From Syntrophales bacterium (lineage in GTDB: Bacteria; Desulfobacterota; Syntrophia; Syntrophales; PHBD01), in contig OY764159.1 of the NCBI GenBank assembly GCA_963668175.1, forward strand, positions 1,024,001 to 1,088,000: a stretch of 64,000 bases of DNA, in the 5' to 3' direction. This document shows positions 47,136 through 56,600 of the stretch, piece after piece. Each line of letters starts with the position of its first letter. Position 1 is the first letter of the stretch. Under the pieces are notes generated by a model. The model searched no databases. It saw only the letters and a program-made list of their open reading frames with translations, and was not told where the DNA came from. Made by a program: the position numbers and the translations under genes.

Positions 47136-48080
47136 ATGGAGCACAGTCACAATCACCACCACCATCATCACCATCCGGGCAATTCGTGGGATAAACGCCT
47201 GATGGGAACCATGGTGCTCAATCTGATTATTCCGGCGGTTCAGATATACGGCGGCATTGTCTCGGGCAGCATGGCGCTGATCAGCGACGCCCTGCACAAC
47301 CTAAGCGACTTCACGTCGGTCGCCATCAGTTATACGGCCTTACGCCTTGGACGGCACAAGCCGACCGTGCAGCAGACGTTCGGCTACAAACGCGTCGAAG
47401 TGTTTGCCGCGCTGCTCAATGTGGCGCTGCTCTATGGTGTCGGTTTCTTTATCGCCCTGGAAAACTGGCAGCGCATTCATCATCCCCGCCCCATCGACGG
47501 CCATATCGTCATTATCATGGCCGCTTTCGCTTTTCTGGCCAACATGCTGTCGACCTTGATGCTCCGTTCCGGGGCCAAGGAGAATATGAATATCCGATCG
47601 GCCTTTCTGCATATGCTGACCGATACCCTGATGTCGCTGATTGTCGCGATATTGGGAATCATCTGGCTTTACAAGCCCTGGTACTGGCTCGATCCCGTCG
47701 CTTCATGGCTTATCGTGGCGTTGATTATCTACAGCGGTTGGGGTATTCTGAAAAGCACCCTTCTGATTCTTATGAATGCAACCCCGGAGCACATCGATAT
47801 CGAGGATATCAGGCGGTCCGTGGAAGGAATCGACGGGGTGGAAGAAATCCACCATCTCCACGTCTGGAATGTTTCGGCGGAGAGCGTGGCCCTGGCGGCC
47901 CATGTCATCGTTCCGGACCAGATGCTGAGCAACATCGACAGCCTGTCGGAGACGATACGGCGCCTTCTGCACGAGAAATTCCGGATCGATCACCCCATCC
48001 TGCAATTTGAGACGCGAAGGCACGACGACACGAGTCTCTTGTGCCGTATGGAAGCCGGCGGTACGATGGATTGCCGCTGA
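47136..48080 (+). CDS. Cation diffusion facilitator (CzcD/ZitB-like Zn/Co/Cd exporter)
   Basis: His-rich N-terminus, SMALISDALHNLSD, TFGYKR, HMLTD, HHLHVW. Confidence 0.92.
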   Translation: MEHSHNHHHHHHHPGNSWDKRLMGTMVLNLIIPAVQIYGGIVSGSMALISDALHNLSDFTSVAISYTALRLGRHKPTVQQTFGYKRVEVFAALLNVALLYGVGFFIALENWQRIHHPRPIDGHIVIIMAAFAFLANMLSTLMLRSGAKENMNIRSAFLHMLTDTLMSLIVAILGIIWLYKPWYWLDPVASWLIVALIIYSGWGILKSTLLILMNATPEHIDIEDIRRSVEGIDGVEEIHHLHVWNVSAESVALAAHVIVPDQMLSNIDSLSETIRRLLHEKFRIDHPILQFETRRHDDTSLLCRMEAGGTMDCR

Positions 48081-48143
48081 ATGTTTCGATGGGTCTGCAG
48101 GCAGGGTTTTGAGAGAATAAATAAAACTGAAACAGGAGAAGAC

Positions 48144-48596
48144 ATGTCCCTTGCCGGAGAATACATAGATGCTTATTGTCCCCGTTGCGAATTGTTGCTG
48201 GCCCATATCGTCCTTTTTGAAGTGGGGGGGACCGTTTCCCGGGTGAAATGCCGGACCTGCGGAACGGAGCATAAATACCGGGGCCAGAAACCCGAGCGGA
48301 AACGAACCTTGTCCGGCCCCGGAAGCCGAGGAACCGGAAAGTCACGGGAGGCGGCCGCACAGAAAGCCGGCCATCCTGTAGATATGGAACGATGGGAGTC
48401 GAGCCGCAATCAGATGGGGCCCGATACGGAGGTAACGAAGTATCGGATGTCGGAACGGTATGCCAAGGGGGATGTGATCGATCATGATGCCTTCGGTCTG
48501 GGTTTCGTCGAGAAGATCATTTCCGATAACCGGCTCGACATCCTTTTCAGAGACGGGGTAAGGCGGATGGCGATGAATATGAAAGCGCCGGAGTGA
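48144..48596 (+). CDS. Hypothetical protein: N-terminal zinc ribbon plus C-terminal Tudor-like segment
   Basis: AGGAG SD; CPRC...CRTC; YAKGDVIDHDAFGLGFV. Confidence 0.65.
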   Translation: MSLAGEYIDAYCPRCELLLAHIVLFEVGGTVSRVKCRTCGTEHKYRGQKPERKRTLSGPGSRGTGKSREAAAQKAGHPVDMERWESSRNQMGPDTEVTKYRMSERYAKGDVIDHDAFGLGFVEKIISDNRLDILFRDGVRRMAMNMKAPE

Positions 48597-48723
48597 CGGC
48601 TCTCCCGGGAGAGTTCGCGGGGAATTGTTCGTGAGGCCGTGTTTGAGGAGCAGGCGCTTTCACAACTGCCGCCGTTGCGTCGGCCCTTCTTTCGATGAAG
48701 GGCAATGGCCGCCGCAGGTCGAC

Positions 48724-50670
48724 TCAGGCCGATCCCGTATCGAGAATTTCCCGAACCTTCGCCGAGAGTTGCTCGATTTCGAAGGGCTTCTGGATGAATC
48801 CGTTGCACCCCCGCTCCAGAATTTTCGCTGCTTCGCCGGTTACGCTGTAACCGCTCGATAGCAGGACCTTGATTGCCGGGTTGATCAGCTTGGCCTGATC
48901 GTAGACGTCTCCGCCGCTCATACCCGGCATGATCATGTCCAGTATGATCAGATCGATTTCGTCTTTCTTGCTTTTGAAGATGCTCAAGGCGTCTACGCCG
49001 TTTCTCGCCACGTAGGTCTTGTAGCCGAGGGTCACGAGGATATTGCTTGTTACCAGGATATTCGTCTCTTCGTCGTCGACCAGGAGGATCGTCTCTTCCC
49101 CCCGGTGCAGTTTCTGCTGGGGTTTCTGCTCCAGTTCGAGTTCCTGGTGCGCCGATGCGGGGAGGAAGACGTTGAAGGTGGCTCCGTGTCCCTTTTCGCT
49201 GTATACCGTAATCATACCCTCGTGATTCTTGATGATCCCGTAAGCGGATGCCAGGCCTAAACCGGTGCCCCGTCCCATTTCCTTGGTGGTGAAAAAAGGA
49301 TCGAATATCCTCTGAATGGTGGCTTTATCCATGCCGATACCGGTATCCGTGATGCTGATCTTAACGTATTTCCCCGGCTTCAGGTCATGAAGAGCGGCAT
49401 AGTCGGTGCTGAGCGATAAATTTTCCGTCGTTATGAATAGCTTTCCTCCGCCGGGCATGGCCTGCCATGCGTTGACAAAGAGGTTCAAGAGAACCTGCTC
49501 GATCTGGCTTTGATCGACATCGACGATCCAGATTTTTTCCGCCATATTCGTGAAGATGGAAAGCTCTTTCTTGGTCCGTCCGAACATTTGCGAACTTTTC
49601 CTGACCAGCTCGTTGAGGTCCGTCGGTTTGGCCTGGTATTTACCGCCCCGGGCAAATCCCAGAAGCTGTTTGGTCAGGTCGGCCCCGCTGCGCACCAGGT
49701 CCTGGACCGTCTTGAGCTTCTCGTAAAACGGATGGCTCGGCTCAAGACTGAGCAGGACCAGAGAGGCATTGCCCTGGATACCCATGAGCAAATTGTTGAA
49801 GTCGTGGGCGATACCTCCGGCCAGGGTGCCCATCGCCTCCATCTTTTCCACCTGCTTGAGACGAAATTCGAGCTCTTCCCGCTTCTCTTCCGCCCTTTTC
49901 CGCTCTTCTATCTCCTGGCGAAGGTCCAGATTCGTTTTCAACAGCTGCGAAGTGCGCTCCTGAATGATGATCTCCAGCTTTTGATTGACATCCCTGATGA
50001 TGGCCTTCTCCTTTTCCAGGTGCATGGCCAGGAAGAAATCGCGGCGCGCGTAGTATTCGATGGAATAACAGGCAAACATGCCGATAATATTGGCACTGAT
50101 GAAGAAGAAATTGTTGCCGATCAGGATCGACACCGGCGTCTCCGTGACACTGATGGCGATGATTTCATAAAAGGCGACGATAATCCAGCCTGCGGCCGTG
50201 GCCCATATAAACCTCATCCTGCCGAAGGTATAACCCCAAATGAAGACGAGGATCAGGCCCGCATAGTAGGAATGGCTGATCGGCGGCGGAAGGATGGCAA
50301 TCATGGCGATAATCCCCCCTCCGGCAACAATCAGGGCCAGGGCACTGGCCTGCTGGCTGTATTTCTTGAAAATGTTCGTGAAGGAAAGGCCGATGACGAT
50401 GATAAGCACAGGCCAAACGATGATAAAGCGGATAAAGAAGAGTTTTTCCTTTAAGGCCGGTGCGAGTTGCGCATCCAGAATGCTGAAAAAACCATAGAGG
50501 AACATCGCCGACAGCAGGGACAATCGGATCATGGGAAGCGCCGTCATGAAAAAATCTTCAAGAAATCGTTTTTCGAGATCGCCGGGGAAGGCCAGTGTCA
50601 GTGGATTGAGCTCCATTTCGTGCGGACCGGTGGCATCGGCCGGCAAGATGAAGTCCTTCGCTTCTTTCAT
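48724..50670 (-). CDS. Membrane-bound hybrid sensor histidine kinase / response regulator
   Basis: About 6 TM helices, H-box AGGIAHDFNN, NLFVNA, DTGIG, PFFTTK, GTGLGL, C-terminal receiver (LVDDE, ILDMIMP, FIQKP). Confidence 0.93.
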   Translation of the reverse strand: MKEAKDFILPADATGPHEMELNPLTLAFPGDLEKRFLEDFFMTALPMIRLSLLSAMFLYGFFSILDAQLAPALKEKLFFIRFIIVWPVLIIVIGLSFTNIFKKYSQQASALALIVAGGGIIAMIAILPPPISHSYYAGLILVFIWGYTFGRMRFIWATAAGWIIVAFYEIIAISVTETPVSILIGNNFFFISANIIGMFACYSIEYYARRDFFLAMHLEKEKAIIRDVNQKLEIIIQERTSQLLKTNLDLRQEIEERKRAEEKREELEFRLKQVEKMEAMGTLAGGIAHDFNNLLMGIQGNASLVLLSLEPSHPFYEKLKTVQDLVRSGADLTKQLLGFARGGKYQAKPTDLNELVRKSSQMFGRTKKELSIFTNMAEKIWIVDVDQSQIEQVLLNLFVNAWQAMPGGGKLFITTENLSLSTDYAALHDLKPGKYVKISITDTGIGMDKATIQRIFDPFFTTKEMGRGTGLGLASAYGIIKNHEGMITVYSEKGHGATFNVFLPASAHQELELEQKPQQKLHRGEETILLVDDEETNILVTSNILVTLGYKTYVARNGVDALSIFKSKKDEIDLIILDMIMPGMSGGDVYDQAKLINPAIKVLLSSGYSVTGEAAKILERGCNGFIQKPFEIEQLSAKVREILDTGSA

Positions 50671-51027
50671 ATATTTTCCCTCAGTTCCTTCCCGGCAGGT
50701 GCTTCCGCACCCGCGCATCGTCCCCCTGCTTCGATATCGACGCATCCATGTTCAAGTACGACAGTAAATAAACTCGAATCCCTGAAATATCAAGATTTTT
50801 TTGACTAATAAGCGTTGTGGACGGGAAAGAATCGGCAAGAGAACAAGTGACTTTCGTCTTGATGAGGTTTGGCGCCGTATAGACAATGGTCCCATTTTTC
50901 CTGTATTCCGGTTTGCGAATATGGTAAAATATCCTTTAAATGCTCCTTTCCAGCCGTTATGACTTTATTGCCTCGAAGGGTGACACGTGAGGATCAGGTA
51001 TCATCAAATCATGGAGGTGAATAGAAG

Positions 51028-51399
51028 ATGGCTGCAGAAATCAAAAAGAAGGACCAGTCCGAAGTAAAATCCCTGGAAAAGATGACGGTTAAAGAACTCA
51101 GGGCCCTGGCCTTGGAGATCCCCCGGTCTGTTGCCGTAACCGACATGAAGAAGGATGAGCTTATTGCCCTGATCAAACAGTCCAGAGGAGGGGAGGACGA
51201 GGGCGACAAAAAGAAGGAGAAGAAGGAAACGGTTAAGGCCGTCAGGACCGTCAAGACCAAAGGAGAACTGAAAACAACGATCAGGCTGCTGAAGCGACGG
51301 AGAATCGACGCACAGGAAAAGCACGACAAGAAAAGCGCCGACAGGCTGCGACGGCGCATCAGCCGGTTGAAAAAGAGGACCCGTAAGGCGGCGGCCTGA
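51028..51399 (+). CDS. Small basic protein with a Rho-N/HeH-like helical motif
   Basis: GGAGGTG SD; LEKMTVKELRALA...MKKDELIALIK; Lys/Arg-rich tail. Confidence 0.7.
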   Translation: MAAEIKKKDQSEVKSLEKMTVKELRALALEIPRSVAVTDMKKDELIALIKQSRGGEDEGDKKKEKKETVKAVRTVKTKGELKTTIRLLKRRRIDAQEKHDKKSADRLRRRISRLKKRTRKAAA

Positions 51400-51431
51400 A
51401 GTGTTCCATGCACTCTCCAATGTCCAGCGCC

Positions 51432-51460
51432 TTGACATAGGGGGGGCGTATGGATATTAT
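51432..51460 (+). promoter_or_regulatory. Sigma70 promoter of trxA
   Basis: TTGACA (51432-51437), 17 bp spacer, TATTAT (51455-51460). Confidence 0.75.
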
Positions 51461-51576
51461 ATAAACAGTGCCGAATATGGAAAGATCATGGAATCGTCGT
51501 CTTCCCTTGGAAGATCCCCTGAGAAAAGATTTTTCCGGGTCAAAGTGAAGTTCAATATATTGCCGGAGGTTAGACT

Positions 51577-51912
51577 ATGAGTGCAGAAGAGAACCTGATG
51601 CATATAAACGACAGCAATTTCGAACAGGAGGTCCTCAAGTCGGCGAAGCCCTCCCTGGTCGATTTCTGGGCGCCGTGGTGCGGTCCCTGCAAGGCCATCG
51701 GGCCGCTTCTCGAAGAGCTGGCCAAGGATTATAAAGACCGTATCAATATCGTGAAGGTCAACGTCGACGACAATCCGAAAACGGCCGCCATGTACGGTGT
51801 CAGAGGTATTCCGACACTGCTCCTGATCAAAGACGGGAAGAATCTCGATACACTCGTAGGGCTGGTTCCGAAAGATAGACTGGAGACATTCATCAAGAAG
51901 GCCTTGCCCTAA
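51577..51912 (+). CDS. trxA: Thioredoxin
   Basis: DFWAPWCGPCK, GIPTL. Confidence 0.96.
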   Translation: MSAEENLMHINDSNFEQEVLKSAKPSLVDFWAPWCGPCKAIGPLLEELAKDYKDRINIVKVNVDDNPKTAAMYGVRGIPTLLLIKDGKNLDTLVGLVPKDRLETFIKKALP

Positions 51913-52131
51913 GTGCCGTCTTTGTCCCCTGACGGATCATAGGGGAGCGTGTATTTCGTTTCGGGGCCTTTCTTCCTGGGGTTTTACCGTTTATTCCTGA
52001 AGGCAAATCATGACCGGGGGAGGTATGGTGGATACTTCGCCCCGGCTAAGGTTACTTGCGCGGAAGCGTCGGCGCAACTTTCTCTTGAAGGTTTTCTCCA
52101 TTTTCAGTGACCCGTGACGGGGGATTTGTGT

Positions 52132-53106
52132 TCAGCGGCGGTCCTGCTGCTGATTTCGTATGGGTCGCTCCAGAAGAAAATGATCGAGAAAAATCTGCCT
52201 GGGTTCTTTCAGATTATGGGAGAAAAGGCAGATGAGCCGCATATGGGCCATGTCCATCTCGCGTCCCTGGGGTGACGTCCTGATTTCTTCCAGGTCGATG
52301 GTGATGTGGTTTCGATTCGGCGCAAGGACAAACGTTCGGTTGTACCGGTCTTCGTAATCCTCATTATGTTTGACGTCGTTGATCCTTACCGTAAGGGGCA
52401 GGGGAGACGTTCCGGTGAGAAATACGTCGAAGGACAACATCGAGTAATTCCGCCAGTCGGGGATCAGGTGCACAAGAGAGACTCCGGGGAAAACGCCGGG
52501 TGAGAGGTTGACTTCCAGTGCGTATTCTCCATGGGTGGCGTGAAGCCCGGTCCGCTTGATCGAACTTTCATTTTCGTGCCATCGCGACATCTCCAGTCTA
52601 TTTTCGAACGAACCTAAAAGAGGGGCATCGTAGTACATCTGGATCGTGTCAAGGGTCGCCGTAATGATCGAATGGGCCATCACGATAAGGCATGAAAGGG
52701 CCAGCGCGCGCAGGGCGATCTTGCCGCGCCTGCCGATCCCCTGACGGTAGGAGTACAGGAATGCCAGAAAGGCGGCCCCGCCGACGGCATCGCTCAGGAT
52801 ATCGCCGAATCTGAATGTTCGGGAGGGGGTCCATATCTGGATGATCTCGGTCATGGTTCCGAGAAGGACGGTGATTATACCGGCGCGGACATACTGTTTC
52901 ATCCCGCAGTTGCGATAATCCCCGTTGCTCATGAGTTGGAGGATGCCCAGGGCGATGAAGCCGAACAACGGGACATGGCCGTAGCTCGTCAGGGTCTGGA
53001 TGATCCTGGAGGTCGATTTGCCGAAGTCATAGAAAAGCAGGAATGAAACGAAAAGGGTACTGGCGAAAACCGCGGCAATCGTTTTTAAGGGGGGATATGT
53101 CTTCAT
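52132..53106 (-). CDS. VanZ-like membrane protein with a C-terminal soluble (carbohydrate-binding-like) domain
   Basis: GHVPLFG...TEIIQ...SRT...DILSD VanZ pattern, then a beta-rich domain (DWRNYSMLSFDV, IFLDHFLL). Confidence 0.65.
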   Translation of the reverse strand: MKTYPPLKTIAAVFASTLFVSFLLFYDFGKSTSRIIQTLTSYGHVPLFGFIALGILQLMSNGDYRNCGMKQYVRAGIITVLLGTMTEIIQIWTPSRTFRFGDILSDAVGGAAFLAFLYSYRQGIGRRGKIALRALALSCLIVMAHSIITATLDTIQMYYDAPLLGSFENRLEMSRWHENESSIKRTGLHATHGEYALEVNLSPGVFPGVSLVHLIPDWRNYSMLSFDVFLTGTSPLPLTVRINDVKHNEDYEDRYNRTFVLAPNRNHITIDLEEIRTSPQGREMDMAHMRLICLFSHNLKEPRQIFLDHFLLERPIRNQQQDRR

Positions 53107-53272
53107 AGGCTGAAAAGCTTGCCGGCTGCCCGATCATACAACATGGCAGTTACTCGCATATCAACGCCATCGAAAACAGACCTGATGCCATAGCGGCTTT
53201 CGCTCCTGCCCTGCCCGGATGCGATTTGTCCCTGACGTGATGGGATGGAAGCCGATTCATGGCGCGTAAGTG

Positions 53273-53311
53273 AAAAAAGGGGTGGCGAATGGCAGACATC
53301 CGCAACCCCTT
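53273..53311 (-). terminator. Intrinsic terminator after tRNA-Gly/tRNA-Cys
   Basis: Minus strand AAGGGGTTGCGGATG-TCTGC-CATTCGCCACCCCTTTTTT. Confidence 0.75.
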
Positions 53312-53318
53312 GAATTTT

Positions 53319-53394
53319 TGGAGGCGGCAACCGGATTTGAACCGGTGAATAACGGTTTTGCAGACCGCTGCCTTAGCCACTTGGCTATGCCGCC
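53319..53394 (-). tRNA. tRNA-Cys(GCA)
   Basis: Minus strand GGCGGCA acceptor, GCGGT-CT-GCA-AA-ACCGT, U73 discriminator, CCA. Confidence 0.95.
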
Positions 53395-53407
53395 AAGAAT
53401 AAAAAAA

Positions 53408-53482
53408 TGGAGCGGGCGAACGGATTTGAACCGTCGACGTCTACCTTGGCAAGGTAGCACTCTACCACTGAGTTACGCCCGC
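53408..53482 (-). tRNA. tRNA-Gly(GCC)
   Basis: Minus strand GCGGGCG acceptor, CTACC-TT-GCC-AA-GGTAG, CCA. Confidence 0.95.
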
Positions 53483-53503
53483 TCAATGACAGCAGGAGCG
53501 CCG

Positions 53504-53531
53504 AATATAACAAAACGCACCCTTTTGTCAA
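53504..53531 (-). promoter_or_regulatory. Stable-RNA-type sigma70 promoter for tRNA-Gly-Cys
   Basis: Minus strand TTGACA, 16 bp spacer ending TGT, TATATT, then GC-rich CGGCGC discriminator. Confidence 0.7.
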
Positions 53532-53656
53532 TAAAAAATTATCGGCCAAATAAGGCTTGACAGGGTACCTGTTTCATGATAGCCGCACAACGGTTCAAGG
53601 TTGAATCCCCCTCGGGGGATTGTTCTTTCTTTATTGAATATTAAATAGAATTCGAG

Positions 53657-56600
53657 GTGCTTAAGGTGTTAAGCGATAACGAAAAAGTTGGCGCTGTGAT
53701 GGTAGTCGGCTCGGGTATAGCCGGTATCCAGGCATCCCTTGACCTGGCAAACTCGGGAATGAAGGTCTATCTTGTCGAGAACGGGATCAGCATCGGCGGG
53801 GTGATGGCCCAACTGGACAAAACTTTTCCTACGAATGATTGTTCTGCATGTATTCTTTCGCCCAAATTGGTGGAAGTCGGGCGACATCCGAATGTTGAGA
53901 TTCTAACCAGAAGAACGGTCGAGGCCGTTGAGGGGGAGCCGGGGCGTTTCAAAGTCAAAATGACGAAGGCCCCCAGGTTCATCGATTTGAATAAATGTAC
54001 CGGATGCGGCGATTGCGCCAATGCCTGTCCGGTCGAAGTCCCCTCCGGCTTCAACGAAGGCCTCAGCACTAGGAAAGCCACCTATAGGCACTTTCCCCAG
54101 GCCATTCCCAGCGGCTTCGCCATCGATAAGCTCGGGACGGCCCCGTGTAAAGCCAACTGCCCGACGCACATCAGCGTTCAGGGCTATGTGGCCCTGATCG
54201 CCAAAGGGCAATTCAAGGAAGCCCTGAGGCTCATCAAAAAAGACAATCCGTTCCCCATCGTTTGCGGCCGGGTCTGCAACCATCCCTGCGAAACAGCGTG
54301 TATGCGCGGCAAGGTGGATGAGCCCATCGACATCATGCACCTGAAGCGGTTTGTCGCCGATCTCGATCTCAAGGCGGAGACCCGCTATATTCCGGAGGTC
54401 AAAGAAAAGAAGAACAAAAAAGTGGCCATGGTGGGCGCCGGCCCGGCCAGTCTGACGGCCGCGTATTACCTGGCGGCGGAGGGCTACGACTGCGAAGTGT
54501 TCGAGTCCCTGCCCGTGGCTGGCGGATGGCTCGCCGTCGGTATCCCCGAATACCGCCTCCCCAAGGATGTCCTCAGGGCGGAGATCAAGGTGATCGAAGA
54601 CCTGGGCGTCAAAATCCATTTGAACACCAGAATCGGGAAGGACATACCCTTCGATAAACTGAAGACCGATTTCGACGCCGTCTTCATCGGCTGCGGAACG
54701 GCCCTGAGCAGCAAGCTCGACATCCCCGGCGAAGACATGCAGGGCGTGATCCACGGCGTCGATTATCTGCGCCGCATTAACCTGGGCGAAAAAGTCTTCC
54801 TGGGAGACCGTGTGGCCGTCATCGGCGGCGGCAACGTCGCCATGGACGCCGTGCGTACCGCGATCCGCACCGGCTCGAAGGATGTCTTCATCCTGTACCG
54901 CCGTTCCCGCAAGGAAATGCCGGCCTCGCCGGAGGAAATCGAAGAGGCCCTTGAAGAAGGGATCAAGATGGAATTCCAGGTCGCGCCTGTCCGGATCGTA
55001 GGCAAGGACGGGAAAGTGACGGGCATCGAATGCGTCCGGATGGAGCTGGGCGAACCCGATGCGAGCGGCCGCAGGCGTCCAATCCCCGTGAAGGGATCGG
55101 AGTTCATCGTCGAGGCGGACGCCATCGTTCCCGCCATTGGCCAGGCTGCGGACCTGACCTTCGTTCCGAAGGAGAGCGGCATCGCCATCAACAAGTGGGA
55201 TAATTTCGAGGTCGATCCTGTAACCTTTGCCGGCAACGTCCCCGGCGTTTTCGCCGGCGGCGACGTCGTCACCGGTCCGCAGACCGTCGTGAAGGCCGTC
55301 TACGCGGGAAAAGAGGCGGCCGTCTCCATTGACCGCTACTTGAGGGGCGAGGATATGAAGGCCGGCCGGGAGAAAGACTGGACGAAAGACGTTGCCGACC
55401 AGGGAGACACGAGTTGCGTCGAAAAAGAGCCTCGCGTCAAGTATCCCCATCTGAAGCCCGAAGACCGGAGGTCCGATTTCCGGGAAGTGGGCATCGGCTT
55501 CGGCGAGGCGGAGGCCGTGGCGGAAGCGAACCGTTGCCTCAGCTGCGGTATCTGTTCCGAGTGCTACCGCTGTGTCGACGTCTGTATAGCCAAAGCTGTC
55601 AACCATGACGACAAGTACGAAGAAGAAACCATCGAGGTTGGTGCCGTCATCGCCGCCCCCGGGTTTGAGATATTCGATGCCACGCTCCGGGGCGAATACG
55701 GACTCGGCCAATACCAAAATGTCGTGACGTCCATCCAGTTCGAGCGTATCCTTTCCGCGTCCGGGCCCTATTTCGGCCATGTACAGCGCATCTCCGACGG
55801 GAAGGAACCGAAAAAGGTCGCCTTCATCCAGTGCGTCGGGTCCCGCGACACGTCCTGTGATAACAGCTGGTGCTCTTCCGTCTGCTGTATGTATGCGACG
55901 AAGGAAGCCATCATCGGCAAGGAGCATGCGTCGGCACTGGAGCCGACGATCTTCTTCATGGATATCCGGGCGCACGGCAAGGACTTCGACCGTTTCGTCA
56001 ACCGGGCGAAGAACGAATACGGCATCCGCTATATCCGGTCGATACCTTCCAGCGTCAAGGAACTGCAGCAGTCGAAAAACCTGCTCATGAAATATGTGAA
56101 GGAGGACGGCACCATCGTCGAGGAAGAATTCGAAATGGTGGTCCTCTCGGTCGGTCTCACGCCGCCCAAGGAAGCGGTCAAACTGGCCGGAGCCCTGGGG
56201 GTGGAGCTTGAAGAGCACGGTTTCTGCAAGACCTCTCTGGAGAATCCCGTTGAAACGTCCCGCGGCGGCGTATTCGTCTGCGGCGCCTTCGGCGGTCCGA
56301 AAGACATTCCGGAAACCGTCATGGAAGCAAGCAGCGCGGCGGCCTGTGCTGAGGGTCTCCTTTCCTCGCGGCGCGGCACGATGATCTGCGAGCCGGATAT
56401 TCCGCTGGAAAACGACATCCGCGGCATCGGTCCGAGAACGGGCGTCTTTGTCTGCCACTGCGGCATCAACATCGGCGGCGTCGTCGATGTCCCGGCCGTC
56501 ACGGAATACGCCAAGTCGCTGCCCAACGTCGTCTTCACCATGGACAATCTGTTCACCTGTTCGCAGGATACGGCCGTCAAGATGGGCGAGGTCATCAAAG

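Noticed and set aside
47148..47175. CAC/CAT short tandem repeat
   Set aside because: It encodes the poly-His N-terminus of the CDF; not a CRISPR or mobile repeat.
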